Assembly: GCA_027036135.1 (NCBI GenBank)
Contig: JALVSY010000007.1
Span: forward strand, 164,880-228,879
Direction of reading: 5' to 3'
From: Pyrodictiaceae archaeon
Lineage (GTDB): Archaea; Thermoproteota; Thermoprotei_A; Sulfolobales; Pyrodictiaceae
DNA length: 64,000 nucleotides
The stretch's first letter is position 1, and each line of letters starts with the position of its first letter. The notes beneath the pieces are model-generated. The model had not been told where the DNA came from. It was given only the letters and a program-made list of their open reading frames with translations, and searched no databases. The translations under genes and the position numbers were made by a program. Positions 37,511 to 48,299 of this stretch are shown in pieces.

Positions 37511-38914
37511 ATGGGTGCTATTCGTTCACCAATAGTCGTTGCTGTTGGTGGTCTTGATCCGAGTGGTGGTGCTGGCCTCGCTGCTGATATTCTTGCTGCG
37601 AGTAGTCTTGGCGTACACGTTGCCCCGGTAGCTGCTGTGCTAACTGTGCAAGATACCGGGGGCTCTGTCTATGCGAGGCCGGTGGAGCCCTGGGTTCTGG
37701 GTTCTCAGCTTGAGCGCGTAATGAGCGACTTTGGGGCGAGGGTTATCAAGACGGGGGTTCTTGGCTCTGTTTCTAATCTCCTCGTGGTCGCCGAGGCTGT
37801 GAGGAGTACTGGAGCAGTACTCGTCGTCGATACAGTATGGGAGACGGGCAGTGGTGACCCATTGGTCGAGGACGTGGAGGCCTATGTGGCTGCACTGCGT
37901 AGTAGGCTTATCCCGTTAGCTGAGGTAGTTACTCTCAATGCTACCGAAGCCTCTAAGATAACTGGTATTAATGCTGGGTCACGCGTGGAGGCTGTGAGGG
38001 CGGCGCGCTTCGTTGTTGAGCGGCTTGGCGCGAGAATGGCTATTGTTAAGGGTGGCCACGTTGAGCCTTGGGGCAGTGTTGTCTATGATGCCGTCTATGA
38101 TGCTGATAGGGGCGAGTTCTTCCTAGAGCACCCAAGGCTGTCTCCCTGTGGTGAGCGAGGCCTCCATGGCACCGGATGCACTTTTGCCGCAAGTATTGCT
38201 GCTGGACTAGCCCTTGGCTTATCACGGGTCGAGGCTGCTAGGCTCGCTGAGAGCATTGTCTACGAGGCTATTAGGTTCGCGAAGAATATTGGGCGTGGTA
38301 GGTGCCCTGTCTCCCCACTAGCCTATGTGTATAGGAGTGCTAGTCTCCTCGATGCAATGGCTGGTGTTAGGAGAGCCGCTGAGTACCTTGTAGAGAACTC
38401 TGATGTATTGCTGGGCTATGTGCCGGAGGTTGGGATAAACATTGCCGAGATAATACCCGGTGCCGACAGCGCTGAAGACGCTGCTGGTATTGTGGGGAGA
38501 GTAGTTAGGGCTGGCCGAAGGCTCGTAATGGCCGGATGCCCTTGGCCCGGCGGCTCCAGTCACATGGCGCGCTTAGCTATAGCAGCTCATCGCCTGGATT
38601 CCTCTATTCGTGCTGCTGGAAACCTTGTGTACCGTGAAGAGCTAGTCCGCGCTGCTAGAGTGCTTGGTCTCAGCGTCTTTAGGGCTAGGCGGGAGGAGGA
38701 GCCTAGTAGTAGAGAAGGCTCAACGATGCAGTGGCTGGTTAGGAGAGCCTACGAGGAGCTAGGCATGGTGCCACGCGTCATATACGATACTGGTGCGCCT
38801 GGAAAGGAGGCCATGGTGAGAGTGCTCGGCTCTAGTGCTCTCGAGGTAGCAGGGCTCATGGTTAGGCTTGCTCTCGTAGCGGGCAGGGCTACGAGGAATA
38901 CTTATAAGGATTAG
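37511..38914 (+). CDS. thiDN: Bifunctional HMP/HMP-P kinase and thiamine-phosphate synthase (ThiD-ThiN)
   Basis: GLDPSGGAGLAAD, IKTG, VKGGH, HGTGC, then ThiN domain PEVGINIA, GGSSHMAR, GSTMQW, GKEAM. Confidence 0.9.
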   Translation: MGAIRSPIVVAVGGLDPSGGAGLAADILAASSLGVHVAPVAAVLTVQDTGGSVYARPVEPWVLGSQLERVMSDFGARVIKTGVLGSVSNLLVVAEAVRSTGAVLVVDTVWETGSGDPLVEDVEAYVAALRSRLIPLAEVVTLNATEASKITGINAGSRVEAVRAARFVVERLGARMAIVKGGHVEPWGSVVYDAVYDADRGEFFLEHPRLSPCGERGLHGTGCTFAASIAAGLALGLSRVEAARLAESIVYEAIRFAKNIGRGRCPVSPLAYVYRSASLLDAMAGVRRAAEYLVENSDVLLGYVPEVGINIAEIIPGADSAEDAAGIVGRVVRAGRRLVMAGCPWPGGSSHMARLAIAAHRLDSSIRAAGNLVYREELVRAARVLGLSVFRARREEEPSSREGSTMQWLVRRAYEELGMVPRVIYDTGAPGKEAMVRVLGSSALEVAGLMVRLALVAGRATRNTYKD

Positions 38915-39042
38915 AAGCTGATTAGCTGGCGGTACGTTATCGGGCTAAGCCCTAAATACTCCTAGCCGCTCATAGCCCTTATCCACGGATATTGCACACA
39001 CCACGTATAATAATACACCATGGTTGCTCGTAGAGGGATTAC

Positions 39043-39828
39043 TTGGTGCTCGTCTTGGGCGATGAAGCCGCTGTACTCGTGGTCCGGGACCTGGTTAAGC
39101 GCTACTCGGGCGGTGTTACCGCTCTTCGCGGAATATCGTTTAGTGTTGAGAAGGGAGAGGTCTTCGGGCTTGTTGGCCCCAATGGGGCTGGGAAGAGCAC
39201 CACCTTCAAGATAATAGCTACGCTGCTTAAACCGAGTAGCGGCACAGTGGTTGTTGACGGCGTTGATGTTGTGAGGGAGCCGCTTGAAGCTAGGAAGAGG
39301 ATAACGTTTGTCCCAGAGGAGGTTGGTGGTTATCGCCGCCTCACGGGGCTGGAGTACCTACGCTTCATAATCAGTGCGTATCTCTCGGCGCGCGGTGAGG
39401 AAAGAGGCATAGACAGGGTTGTGGTTGAGGCTGCTAAGCTCACGGGGCTCGATTACGAGACCCTGGCCTCTACCAAGATGAGTGATTACAGCAAGGGCAT
39501 GAAGAGAAGGGTACAGGTAGCGTGGGCCCTCGTGGTTAGGCCCCGGCTAGCTATCCTCGATGAGCCTACCTCGGGTCTCGATGTTGAGGCTAGCTATGAG
39601 CTCCGCAGAATAATTAAGGAGTACGCGAAGACTCACGGCGTCTCTGTTCTCCTGTCAAGCCACAACATGCTCGAGGTTGAGCATCTCTGCGACCGTGTCG
39701 CTCTCATATCGCGTGGCAGGATAATCGAGGAGGGCTCTCCCCGCGAAATAGTTGAGAAGTACGGGGCGGAGAACCTCGAGGAGGCCTACATGAAGGCCAT
39801 GAAGCAGAGGGGTGGAAGCGTTGCATAG
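39043..39828 (+). CDS. ABC transporter ATP-binding protein (NatA-like)
   Basis: GPNGAGKST, YSKGM, LDEPT, SSH. Confidence 0.9.
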   Translation: MVLVLGDEAAVLVVRDLVKRYSGGVTALRGISFSVEKGEVFGLVGPNGAGKSTTFKIIATLLKPSSGTVVVDGVDVVREPLEARKRITFVPEEVGGYRRLTGLEYLRFIISAYLSARGEERGIDRVVVEAAKLTGLDYETLASTKMSDYSKGMKRRVQVAWALVVRPRLAILDEPTSGLDVEASYELRRIIKEYAKTHGVSVLLSSHNMLEVEHLCDRVALISRGRIIEEGSPREIVEKYGAENLEEAYMKAMKQRGGSVA

Positions 39829-41050
39829 CCTTGGCATGCTGTTGCGTAAGGAGCTCTACACGCTTCTCCGCGAGCCGATGGTAAGGGTAATGATTATCCT
39901 GCCCTTCATAATCTATGCCTCTATGTCGCCGTTCTACGGCTCCGCTGTGAAGCAGGTTGAGGAGGCAGCTAAGCTGCACGGCGCGAGGCTGGCTATAGTC
40001 GCGTGTAGCAAGGAGGACCTCAACGTCGCTAAGACTATTGCTGCTATGCTCCGCGCTAAGGGGGTTAACGCATCCGCGCTCAGTGGCTGCAACCCCCTGG
40101 ACGCGATGAGGAGGGGTTATAACGTCGTCGTGGTGCTGGGCAAGAACTTTGTCCAAAACCTAGTGGCTGGCAAGGCCCGTGTAGAGATCTACGTTAAGGG
40201 CAGCGTGAGTAGCCTTAGCAAGACACTGGCTCTCCCCGGGGCTGCTCTTAGCTACGTGTCACAAGCACTATCGCCGAGCAACCGGACTAGGGTTGAGGCC
40301 CAGGAGTACCTGGTTGTGAACAATCGTGTCTGGAGCTATGAGCAGCTCAACAACCTCTACGGCACCGCTAATTTCCTCACATTCGCTGTGTTCTTCATAA
40401 TATTCCCTGCTGCGTCGCTGGGCGCGACACTGATAGGCGCGGAGAGGGAGGAAAGGACCCTAGAGGTTCTCTTCAGCCTACCGATACGGCGCAGGGACAT
40501 AGCTGTCGCGAAGAGTGTTGCAGCGCTACTAGCAGGGCTATTGACGGCGGTCTCGGCTATAGCTGGGATAGCTATATTCATGAGCAAGATCGGGGCACCG
40601 CTCCGCGCAAGCGGGTATACCTGGGGCGATATAGGGCTCTACGCGGCGGCAATAGGTGTGGAGGCTCTACTAGCAGCAGTACTGGCGCTCATAGTCGGGT
40701 TGTTCAGCACGACTATGCGGGGGGCGCAGGCAGCTGCCTCGATAGTCGTGTTCCCGGCATTTATACCAGCGTTCCTGCTCGTAACCGGGCTGCCGGTCTC
40801 CTACCTCTTCGCTGCCGTACCATTCACCGCGACGCTCTACGCCGCGCTAAGCCCCCTCATAGGTAGCAGCTACACAGTGGCAGCACTGGTTGCACAGGGG
40901 GCGGAGACCCTGGCGGCACTAGCCGTGCTGGCATGGCTCCTCGAGACCGAGGTAGCAGTGACTGGGCCGGAGACCCTGAAGAGGCTGAGGAAGAGACTAG
41001 GGAGGCGGAGAAGAGGCGGGCTCATGACCTTCTTGGCGAGAAGAGCTTAA
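39812..41050 (+). CDS. ABC-2 type permease (NatB-like)
   Basis: RKELYTLLRE, GAEREERTLEVLFSLP, TM helices. Confidence 0.85.
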   Translation: MEALHSLGMLLRKELYTLLREPMVRVMIILPFIIYASMSPFYGSAVKQVEEAAKLHGARLAIVACSKEDLNVAKTIAAMLRAKGVNASALSGCNPLDAMRRGYNVVVVLGKNFVQNLVAGKARVEIYVKGSVSSLSKTLALPGAALSYVSQALSPSNRTRVEAQEYLVVNNRVWSYEQLNNLYGTANFLTFAVFFIIFPAASLGATLIGAEREERTLEVLFSLPIRRRDIAVAKSVAALLAGLLTAVSAIAGIAIFMSKIGAPLRASGYTWGDIGLYAAAIGVEALLAAVLALIVGLFSTTMRGAQAAASIVVFPAFIPAFLLVTGLPVSYLFAAVPFTATLYAALSPLIGSSYTVAALVAQGAETLAALAVLAWLLETEVAVTGPETLKRLRKRLGRRRRGGLMTFLARRA

Positions 41051-41107
41051 AGACCCTGCGAAGCAGTTACGGAAACAACTCTAAACAATACATGGTGAAG
41101 AGCTGCC

Positions 41108-41341
41108 TTGGCGCGCAAGGTCAGGCTAGGCGCAGTAGTCTATAAGGAGACTGAAGAGGATGGGACAACCTGGTACATAGCTGTCGAGCCCATGAGCGGG
41201 GCACAGGCGCAAGGAGAGACACTCGAGGAAGCCCTTGAGAGGCTAAAGGAAGAGGTAGCTAAGATGAGTGATGCCTGGTGCGAGTCCGAGATAAGGGAAG
41301 CCGTTGATGCTAGGCTCATAGAGGTAGAGCTACCCGAGTAG
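41108..41341 (+). CDS. Orphan HicB-like antitoxin
   Basis: WYIAVEPMSGAQAQGETLEEALERLKE. Confidence 0.75.
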   Translation: MARKVRLGAVVYKETEEDGTTWYIAVEPMSGAQAQGETLEEALERLKEEVAKMSDAWCESEIREAVDARLIEVELPE

Positions 41342-41392
41342 ACAGGAAAGTGATAACAAGACTCTCTGATTACTGTAATACCTCCTTGGCCC

Positions 41393-42969
41393 CTAGTACC
41401 CCATTTTTCTCGCAGCAATTATACTGATCGTTATAGCTGCGAGGCTCAGTGCTTCGAGTATAAGTGCCGCGAGGCTCGCCTCTGCTAGGAATCGGCCGCC
41501 AGCATAGATGTGGTAGACTAGTATTGTTAGGCTCCACGTCCTCGGCACAGAGACCGAGAGTGTTGCACCGAATTCTCCGAGGCTAGCAGCCGCCGCGAGA
41601 CCCGCCGCGACCGCTACTGAGGGGGCTGCTGAGCCTAGGAGGTGGCGCAGGTACTTCGAGCCACGAAGACCTATGGATAGCATGTGCTCAGTTATCTCTC
41701 TGGGGAACCTCGCTAATGCTTCTCCCAGCACCCGTGAAGCCAAGGGAAGCGCGGCCGCTGTATGGGCTAGGAGTATTAGCGGCACAGTCGCCGCGACTGG
41801 CGACATGATCCTGGTCAGTGCGTTGTAGTACGTTATCACCGCTGCCACGCCATACGCGACCGGAGTCACAGCTATCAACGAGAGAGCCGTAATAGAGGAG
41901 ACCCGCCACGGGCAACCACGAGCCCGAGCACGAGGCTAAGCACAACAGTGAACCCTGCATAGGCAAGGCTATTGATCACCGCGCCGCCGAGACCAGGACC
42001 CATGGAGGAGAGCTTCTCGAGCTCAGAGAGACTAGCACCCATTGCCTCCCAGCCTATCCCTAGCAATGGTGCATAGAGGTACACGATGACAAGAACCGTG
42101 TAGATAGCCGCGAGGACGCGGTAGGGGCCACGGAGCCTCAGCATACCATGACCCCTGGCAGCGAGGGGGGAGGGAACACCCCGGGCTAGCAAGTACATAA
42201 TGATTGCCGAGAAAAGCACAGCAAGCCCGAGCTCTACGAGTGCTAGCACAGCCGCGAGGCCTTGTAGGCCAGGGACGCCGGGGAACCCGTAGTAGAGGCT
42301 ATAGAGCCATGCCTCCAGCGTATAGTACCTATAGGCAGCCCCTGCTACGAGCAATGGGGCCGCGCTAGCAAAGGAGTAGAGGAAGGCTATGCCCCAGGCC
42401 TGGAGCGCTCCACGAAAAGTCAGGGGGAGGAGGGCGCGGAGCCAGAGACGGGGGCCACGTAGCCCCATTAGCTCTACCTGCTCCACGACACTCCTCTCCG
42501 TGGCAGCTGCCGCCGCCGCCGTCATCGCTGCTGCGAAGCCTATGTTGAAGTAGCTATGGAGCGTCACTACTCCCGTCCAGCCCTCTGCGAGGAGCCGCGT
42601 GAAGCCCAAGTGGCTTGAGACCAGGCCGCCTTCGCCGTAGAGTATGCGGAGCCCAATAGCAGCCGCTACTACGGGGGACATGAAGGGGGCTAGCGACGCT
42701 ACAACAGCTATCCTTGCCAGCTTCGAGTCATAGAACCCGGCGAGAACTCCTAGAGGCCACCCAGTGAGCGTAGCTAGCGACGCACTTAGCACCGCTTGTC
42801 CAATACTCCAGGCGAGGACCCATGCAAGGCTGAAGGGCGGGCTAGTACTAGGGGGCCAGGAGAGCCACACAGCCACGAACACGGGGGCTATGTAGAGAAC
42901 CACTACTAGCCACGACAAAGCGACTAGTGCTTTACCGAGGCTGCCCAAGGGGTCCCAGTTACTGGGCAT
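41393..42969 (-). pseudogene. ThiP/FbpB-type ABC permease (two-repeat), split by a frameshift near 41895
   Basis: Two consecutive ORFs carry the N- and C-terminal halves (SIGQAVLSA, PFMSP, TLE; SLGEFGATL). Confidence 0.7.
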
Positions 42970-43193
42970 GCCTAATCAATCCCTCGGGGAAAACAATGGA
43001 GCTCCTCAATACTGACTAAGATGATGTATCCCCACCTTTCCCGTGCTCCACGGCTTGCTCGGGCAAAGAGGAACTATCGGTGTTATTAGTGGGCTGCGCC
43101 CCGGTATTCCCTCCTCCCCTTAGCACTACGTGTCTAGCCGCTTAAATACCGGGATTCTGGGCTATGAATGCCTCTTAGCGGTGGGTCGTTACT

Positions 43194-43919
43194 ATGCCTA
43201 AGCCCCCACTTACTGTCGAGAGGCTGCAACCATTCATAGGCGAGGTAGTCTACGACCCCTATGGCAGGGTCCTAGGTAAGCTGGTTAGCCTCGAGAGCGA
43301 CGTGGACGGGACCGTGCAGACAGTAGTGGTTGAGACCGAGTCTCGAACCATAACCTTTGTCCCAGCCGAGGCGGTTGACCTCCGGGACGGCCGCGTAGTA
43401 GTGTGGCCCGAGTGGAAGACACTAGCCTACAAGGTCATCTCAAGCTATCAGCGAGCACTAAAGAGGCTACGCGGCCTCGAGGACATGTATAGCAGGAACG
43501 AGGTACCGAGCACTGTTTACAGGGAGATGAGGAAGAAGCTGGACAAGAGTCTAGAAAAGCTCAAGGACGAGGCCAAGAAGCTCAAAGCACTCCTAAACCA
43601 GAGGAAGAACGACATAGAGGACGAGAACCTCAAACTAGACCGCGCAATAGCCAACCTAAAGATGAGCTACCTAGCAGGCGAGATAAACGAGAAAGCCTAC
43701 AAGATAGCCATAGACCACCTCAGAAACGCTAAGGATAGCAATGCACGCGAGCTCGAGGACATAAAGGAGACAAGGTCAAAGATAGAGAGCCTAGAACACG
43801 GCGCAATAGAGTTCACCAAGAAGCATGAAGAGGAGAAGATACCGGAGCCCGCTAAGCCCGAGGCACCAACAGCACCAACAGCGACGCAGCCAATACCAGT
43901 GAAGTTAATCGAAGGCTAG
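43194..43919 (+). CDS. cdvA: Cell division protein CdvA
   Basis: N-terminal PRC-barrel (FIGEVVYDPYGRVLG), VWPEWK, coiled coil, YLAGEI, C-terminal PIPVKL ESCRT-III-binding peptide. Confidence 0.9.
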   Translation: MPKPPLTVERLQPFIGEVVYDPYGRVLGKLVSLESDVDGTVQTVVVETESRTITFVPAEAVDLRDGRVVVWPEWKTLAYKVISSYQRALKRLRGLEDMYSRNEVPSTVYREMRKKLDKSLEKLKDEAKKLKALLNQRKNDIEDENLKLDRAIANLKMSYLAGEINEKAYKIAIDHLRNAKDSNARELEDIKETRSKIESLEHGAIEFTKKHEEEKIPEPAKPEAPTAPTATQPIPVKLIEG

Positions 43920-43979
43920 CCTCTAACCGTCTTTTCCCTTACGGCAATACATCATCATCTTTTCCTTTGCCCGATTCTC

Positions 43980-44711
43980 TTAGGTTCTGCTCTTCCTTAT
44001 AGCATAGGCCGCCAGCAATAGAAACACCACGCTCATCAGAAACGATGCCAAGAAAGCCGTTAAGGGAGAGACTACATCACACGAGCCGGTGTAGGAGTAG
44101 CGAATCGCCTCTGTCATAAATGTTAGGGGCTGCGTGAGAGCGATCCAAGCCAGGTAACGAGGCATAAGCGATACTGGTATTATCACATCTGATAGAAACA
44201 TCATAGGGAATCTTACTAGGTTCATTACAACCATCACTTGCTCCGGTTCCTTTATGACAAAGGATAAAAGCACACCGAAGCTTGAGGAGGCAAAGCTAGC
44301 CAGGACTATGGCGAGTACTAAGAGAAGGGCATGTGCCGGCACAACGTGTAGAACAAGATACGCGAGCAGTAATATCGGGATCGCTGACGCCAGGCCTAGG
44401 AAGAAGCTGCTCAGTGTCTTGCCAAGAGCTATACCGGTATAACTGATTGGGAATAGGAGGAGGCGCTCAAAGGAGCCTATTCTCCTCTCAAAGACTATGG
44501 ACATACCGGACATTGATGTTGCCCCGAAGAAGAGCGCGAGCGATATCATGCCCGGTGCTAGCCACGTGGTTAACCCGCCATGCCTAAACATGAATGCCAG
44601 GGCGAAGACAAAGGGGAATAGTATTCCCCAGCTTATTGAGCCAGGCTTCATATAGTACTCTCTTAGATCCTTTACGGCGATATACATTGCCTTCTCTAGC
44701 TCATCGATCAT
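43980..44711 (-). CDS. ABC-2 type permease
   Basis: ERRIGSFERLLLFP, GKTL, FPMMFLS, PLTF..EAIR. Confidence 0.85.
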   Translation of the reverse strand: MIDELEKAMYIAVKDLREYYMKPGSISWGILFPFVFALAFMFRHGGLTTWLAPGMISLALFFGATSMSGMSIVFERRIGSFERLLLFPISYTGIALGKTLSSFFLGLASAIPILLLAYLVLHVVPAHALLLVLAIVLASFASSSFGVLLSFVIKEPEQVMVVMNLVRFPMMFLSDVIIPVSLMPRYLAWIALTQPLTFMTEAIRYSYTGSCDVVSPLTAFLASFLMSVVFLLLAAYAIRKSRT

Positions 44712-45640
44712 TTCCTCTCACCTATTATTCTCAAGAAGACCTCCTCTGCATCTGCCTCTCTCAGTCGGAGAAGGGATATTCTAAGCCCCTTACGCTTAGC
44801 ATAGAGGGCAAGGCTCTCCAACGCCTCAACCTCATTATCTATAACTAGTTCTAAGCGACCACTATTCCTTCTAGCGTCGAGAACCCCTCTCAGCGAACCT
44901 AGTAGCTCTCGTGGCTCCGGGTTACGTGGATAGAAGCTTACCTCGAGAACTTCTCTAGCACTGAACTTTCTACCCAGCTCTTCGGGTGTACCCATGGCTA
45001 CTATCTCGCCCTTATTTATAATTGCTACTCTGTGTGAGAGGTTGAAGGCCTCGTAGATATTATGGGTTGTAAGGAAAATCGTTATTCCTTTACGGTTTAA
45101 CTCTACGAGCTTATTCCATAGCAGTCTTCTGCTAACAACATCTAGGCCCGAGGTAGGCTCGTCGAGAAACACTATCTCTGGGTTGTGCACGAGTGCGGCT
45201 GCTATTGTTAGTCTCCTCTTAAGCCCCTTGGAGAGAGCCTTAAACTTAGTATCTCGGTACTTCTCTAAGCCGAAGAAGGCCAGAACCTCTTCCACGTTTC
45301 TACGAGCAATACTACCCTTAACTCCATACATCTTGGCAGAGAAGAGGAGGTTCTGGTAGCAAGTCAGCTCAGAGTAAAGATTAGATATGTCCGGTACAAC
45401 GCCGATAAGTCTCTTGACGCGCTTACTGTGCCTCGTTATATCATAGCCGCAGATCTTGGCCCTGCCACTAGTAATCGTCGTGAGCCCGACAAGCATTCTT
45501 ACAGTAGTTGTTTTACCAGCACCATTTGGGCCTAGGAAACCGAATATCTCGCCTTTCTTCACGCAAAACGAGATACCCTTCACAGCCACGGTGCCGTTTG
45601 GGTAAACCTTTCTCAGCTTCTCAACTCTTATAGCACACTT
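44708..45640 (-). CDS. ABC transporter ATP-binding protein (DrrA-like); start uncertain
   Basis: GPNGAGKTT, LSKG, LDEPT, TTH. Frame extends upstream of 45589 (CAIRVEKLRKVYPNG) with no in-frame ATG/GTG/TTG. Confidence 0.85.
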   Translation of the reverse strand, partial: KCAIRVEKLRKVYPNGTVAVKGISFCVKKGEIFGFLGPNGAGKTTTVRMLVGLTTITSGRAKICGYDITRHSKRVKRLIGVVPDISNLYSELTCYQNLLFSAKMYGVKGSIARRNVEEVLAFFGLEKYRDTKFKALSKGLKRRLTIAAALVHNPEIVFLDEPTSGLDVVSRRLLWNKLVELNRKGITIFLTTHNIYEAFNLSHRVAIINKGEIVAMGTPEELGRKFSAREVLEVSFYPRNPEPRELLGSLRGVLDARRNSGRLELVIDNEVEALESLALYAKRKGLRISLLRLREADAEEVFLRIIGERK

Positions 45641-46009
45641 ATCATGGTTCCTTGCATCTCACCGAATTCATCGCAGTATTTAACGCGTGTTATTTAATGT
45701 TTTGTGGTTCTAGTCGCATTCTCCTGCAGCGTCGCCGAAGGAAAATACATTGGAAAAGCATGCGTACATCTGGTCCGATGTCCCTTAAGCATTATAAATT
45801 CTATAGGGAGTAAGAGTCTTGTGCGAGGAAGGTAACAAGGGGCTCTATTCCGTGGTAGTACTACTTGTTCTCGGATTTTCTACTAGGCGTTGGTGCTCCG
45901 GGTATTCTAGAGGTATTAGCGGCGCGGAGGACGCTAAGCAGTGGCTCTGTAACAATATCTGGGTTGGGAGACACGCTACCGAAACTACTCTAGAGAGGTG
46001 CTCGTGGCC

Positions 46010-46861
46010 ATGTCGGCCATAATTTCACGCTTATTCCAAGCATTCGGGTTCACACCCCGCCCACAAGAGAGCCCACGAGAAAGCATAGACAGGATAATAG
46101 TGAAGCTAGAGGTCTTGCAGGACAAGGCAGCCGAGATAAGGTACAGGTTCGAGACTAGGAGCCGCGAGCTCTGGGAGAAGACCGTAGAGCTACTAAGGAA
46201 GGGTGAGAAAACCAGGGCAACCATATATGCTGGCGAGATAGCACAGGTAAGGAACATTATAAAGCTGATACACGGCATGGAGAACATGATAATAATGACC
46301 AAGGAGAGGCTCAAGACAGTAAGAGACGTGGGCGAGATAGGCCAAGTACTAATGGTGTTCGGGACAGCGCTCGAGGAGATAAAGGACCATGCTAGAGCGA
46401 TATACCCGAACCTCAATCTGTTCTTCGACGAGGTCTCTAGGAACGTTAAGTCACTGATAGTAGAGACCACGATGAACAGCGACGCCGTTGAGAGAATAGA
46501 CCCCGTGGTGATAAGCAAGGAGGCAGAGGAGATGCTCCAGCAAGCTATGAAGAAGGCAGAGGAGGAGGTCAAAGAGGAGTTCCCAGAGCCACCAATAGAT
46601 ACTATAGTTAAGCTGGAGGCGCGGAAACAACCAGTAGCAGTAGCGATAGGCGGGCCGAGCACACAGCCAACGAAGCCAAAGACTACTCCGAGGAGAAGGA
46701 GAAGCATAGAGGAACTAGAGCAACTAGTACTAAATTACATAAGGAACCACAACGGCATACTAGACATAAAAGAGTTCACAACAATCTACGGCGTCACAAA
46801 GAACGAGGTACTACAAGCAATACACAGGCTCGCAGAGAAAGGCCTAATAGCACTATCCTAG
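46010..46861 (+). CDS. cdvB: ESCRT-III cell division protein CdvB (with C-terminal winged helix)
   Basis: Snf7-like helical core (RATIYAGEIAQVR, ERLKTV), EAEEML, MIM2-like EFPEPP, C-terminal wH (LNYIRNHNGILDI...LAEKGLI). Confidence 0.9.
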   Translation: MSAIISRLFQAFGFTPRPQESPRESIDRIIVKLEVLQDKAAEIRYRFETRSRELWEKTVELLRKGEKTRATIYAGEIAQVRNIIKLIHGMENMIIMTKERLKTVRDVGEIGQVLMVFGTALEEIKDHARAIYPNLNLFFDEVSRNVKSLIVETTMNSDAVERIDPVVISKEAEEMLQQAMKKAEEEVKEEFPEPPIDTIVKLEARKQPVAVAIGGPSTQPTKPKTTPRRRRSIEELEQLVLNYIRNHNGILDIKEFTTIYGVTKNEVLQAIHRLAEKGLIALS

Positions 46862-46927
46862 CCCAACAATATTCTTTTCTAAACTAACCTGCCCACACTG
46901 ATACTACGATTCATTGGGGGCTCATTC

Positions 46928-47184
46928 TCATGGATCCTTTTGATAAGCCTCGATGAATTCCTTCCTAGTTATCCTTGCAAGCTCTAGCACGCCAAGAAGC
47001 ATGCCCGGCTTAAGTTCCTCGTGGAGGGGCACTACTGTAACCACTTTCTCTTTCCCAGTACCCTTTGCCAGAACTACATGACTTCCTCGCTGCCGCTTAG
47101 TAATAAATACTAATAAATACTAAATTTCTTAACTAGTATTCTTACTACCTCACGCTCCGATAACTTTGGGAGCCTTTGTGCTAA
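46928..47184 (-). pseudogene. hicA: HicA toxin pseudogene
   Basis: RLPKLSEREVVRIL then KRQRGSHVVL...VVPLHEELKPG. Broken by a 10-bp tandem duplication (TAATAAATAC x2, 47101-47120). No standard start codon. Confidence 0.8.
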
Positions 47185-47392
47185 CTTCTACCACCCCTAC
47201 AATGCTATTCTCGAGTTCGCTGAGCTTTTCAAGCGCCTCTGGAACTTCCTCCAAGTAAAGCTCCAAAGCCTCTCTTAGATTCTCTAAAGCCTCCTCTATT
47301 GTTTTACCTTGACTAGTAACACCAGTAACTATTTCCCGTGCTACATACATGTCCTCCTCGCGCCAAATAAGTGCCCGAACCCTAAGTTGCAT
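47150..47392 (-). CDS. hicB: HicB-family antitoxin
   Basis: IWREEDMYVA...GVTSQGKTIEEALENLREALELYLE. Confidence 0.85.
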   Translation of the reverse strand: MQLRVRALIWREEDMYVAREIVTGVTSQGKTIEEALENLREALELYLEEVPEALEKLSELENSIVGVVEVSTKAPKVIGA

Positions 47393-47628
47393 AGAACCAA
47401 CACCCACTTCTAAGAACCGAGGATTGGGCATACTCTAAAATTCCTCCTTGTCCAGTATAGTGCAAGAAGGTAGTTACTCTATCCATAGCTTAGCTAATAA
47501 ATTCGTTTCATCGATATTAGTGCTGTATTGTTGTGGCTATGCAGCGTTTTGCTATAAGCTTATTTCTCTCCCAGTGTATGCGGGGAGCTGCAAGAAAGGG
47601 GTGTGGCAGTGAGCGAGGAGGCGAGGCG

Positions 47629-48264
47629 CTGGGGACTGTGGAGGCTGGGCTTGTTCATTGGGCCAAGCTCTATGCTTCTTATTACATAACGTTATTGTTC
47701 ATTATGAACCCGTTTGGTGCTGCTCCGATATTTGCTGATATAGCTGAGAAGCTTAGTCCTAGGGAGAGGAACCAGCTCATAAACTATGTCTCATTGGTTG
47801 TTCTTGGCCTCTTATACGTGATGGCTCTTACTGGTGAGTTCCTCTTAGAGGTTTATCATGTCACTGTTATGCAGTTCCGGTTGGCAGGAGGCATTATACT
47901 CATAGCGATTGCTCTTTATCGTCTAACTGGTAGGCCTATAACACAGACACCAGATCCTAGGGACGCCGCTATTGTCCCACTCTCGATGCCTATTCTCGTG
48001 GGTCCTGCGACGATAACATATCTTATATTGTTTAGTACTCAGGGGCATATACTCGTCCTACTAGCCGTGATACCTGCTGTTACCTTTACTGTGTGGGCTG
48101 TGCTCATGGGCGCTGACATTATACTGAGGAGGCTTGGGCGTAACGTGATGGTGATACTTACTCGTATCTCAGCTCTCTTCGTAGGCGCGGTGGGAGCGGC
48201 GATGATAGACGCTGTGGTAAGGGATTGGATAAAGTATTCGTGTACATGCCATGCTCGTCAGTAG
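47629..48264 (+). CDS. MarC-family membrane protein (start uncertain, 47629 CTG or 47638 GTG)
   Basis: LLFIMNPFG, FRLAGGIIL, AIVPLSMPILVGPATI, TRI. Confidence 0.85.
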   Translation: MGTVEAGLVHWAKLYASYYITLLFIMNPFGAAPIFADIAEKLSPRERNQLINYVSLVVLGLLYVMALTGEFLLEVYHVTVMQFRLAGGIILIAIALYRLTGRPITQTPDPRDAAIVPLSMPILVGPATITYLILFSTQGHILVLLAVIPAVTFTVWAVLMGADIILRRLGRNVMVILTRISALFVGAVGAAMIDAVVRDWIKYSCTCHARQ

Positions 48265-48299
48265 AAGAACCCAAAAGAGCTCGGTGATGTAAGAGAGTG

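Noticed and set aside
43020-43060. GATGATG C-box-like motif upstream of cdvA
   Set aside because: No properly spaced D or D' boxes and no terminal stem.
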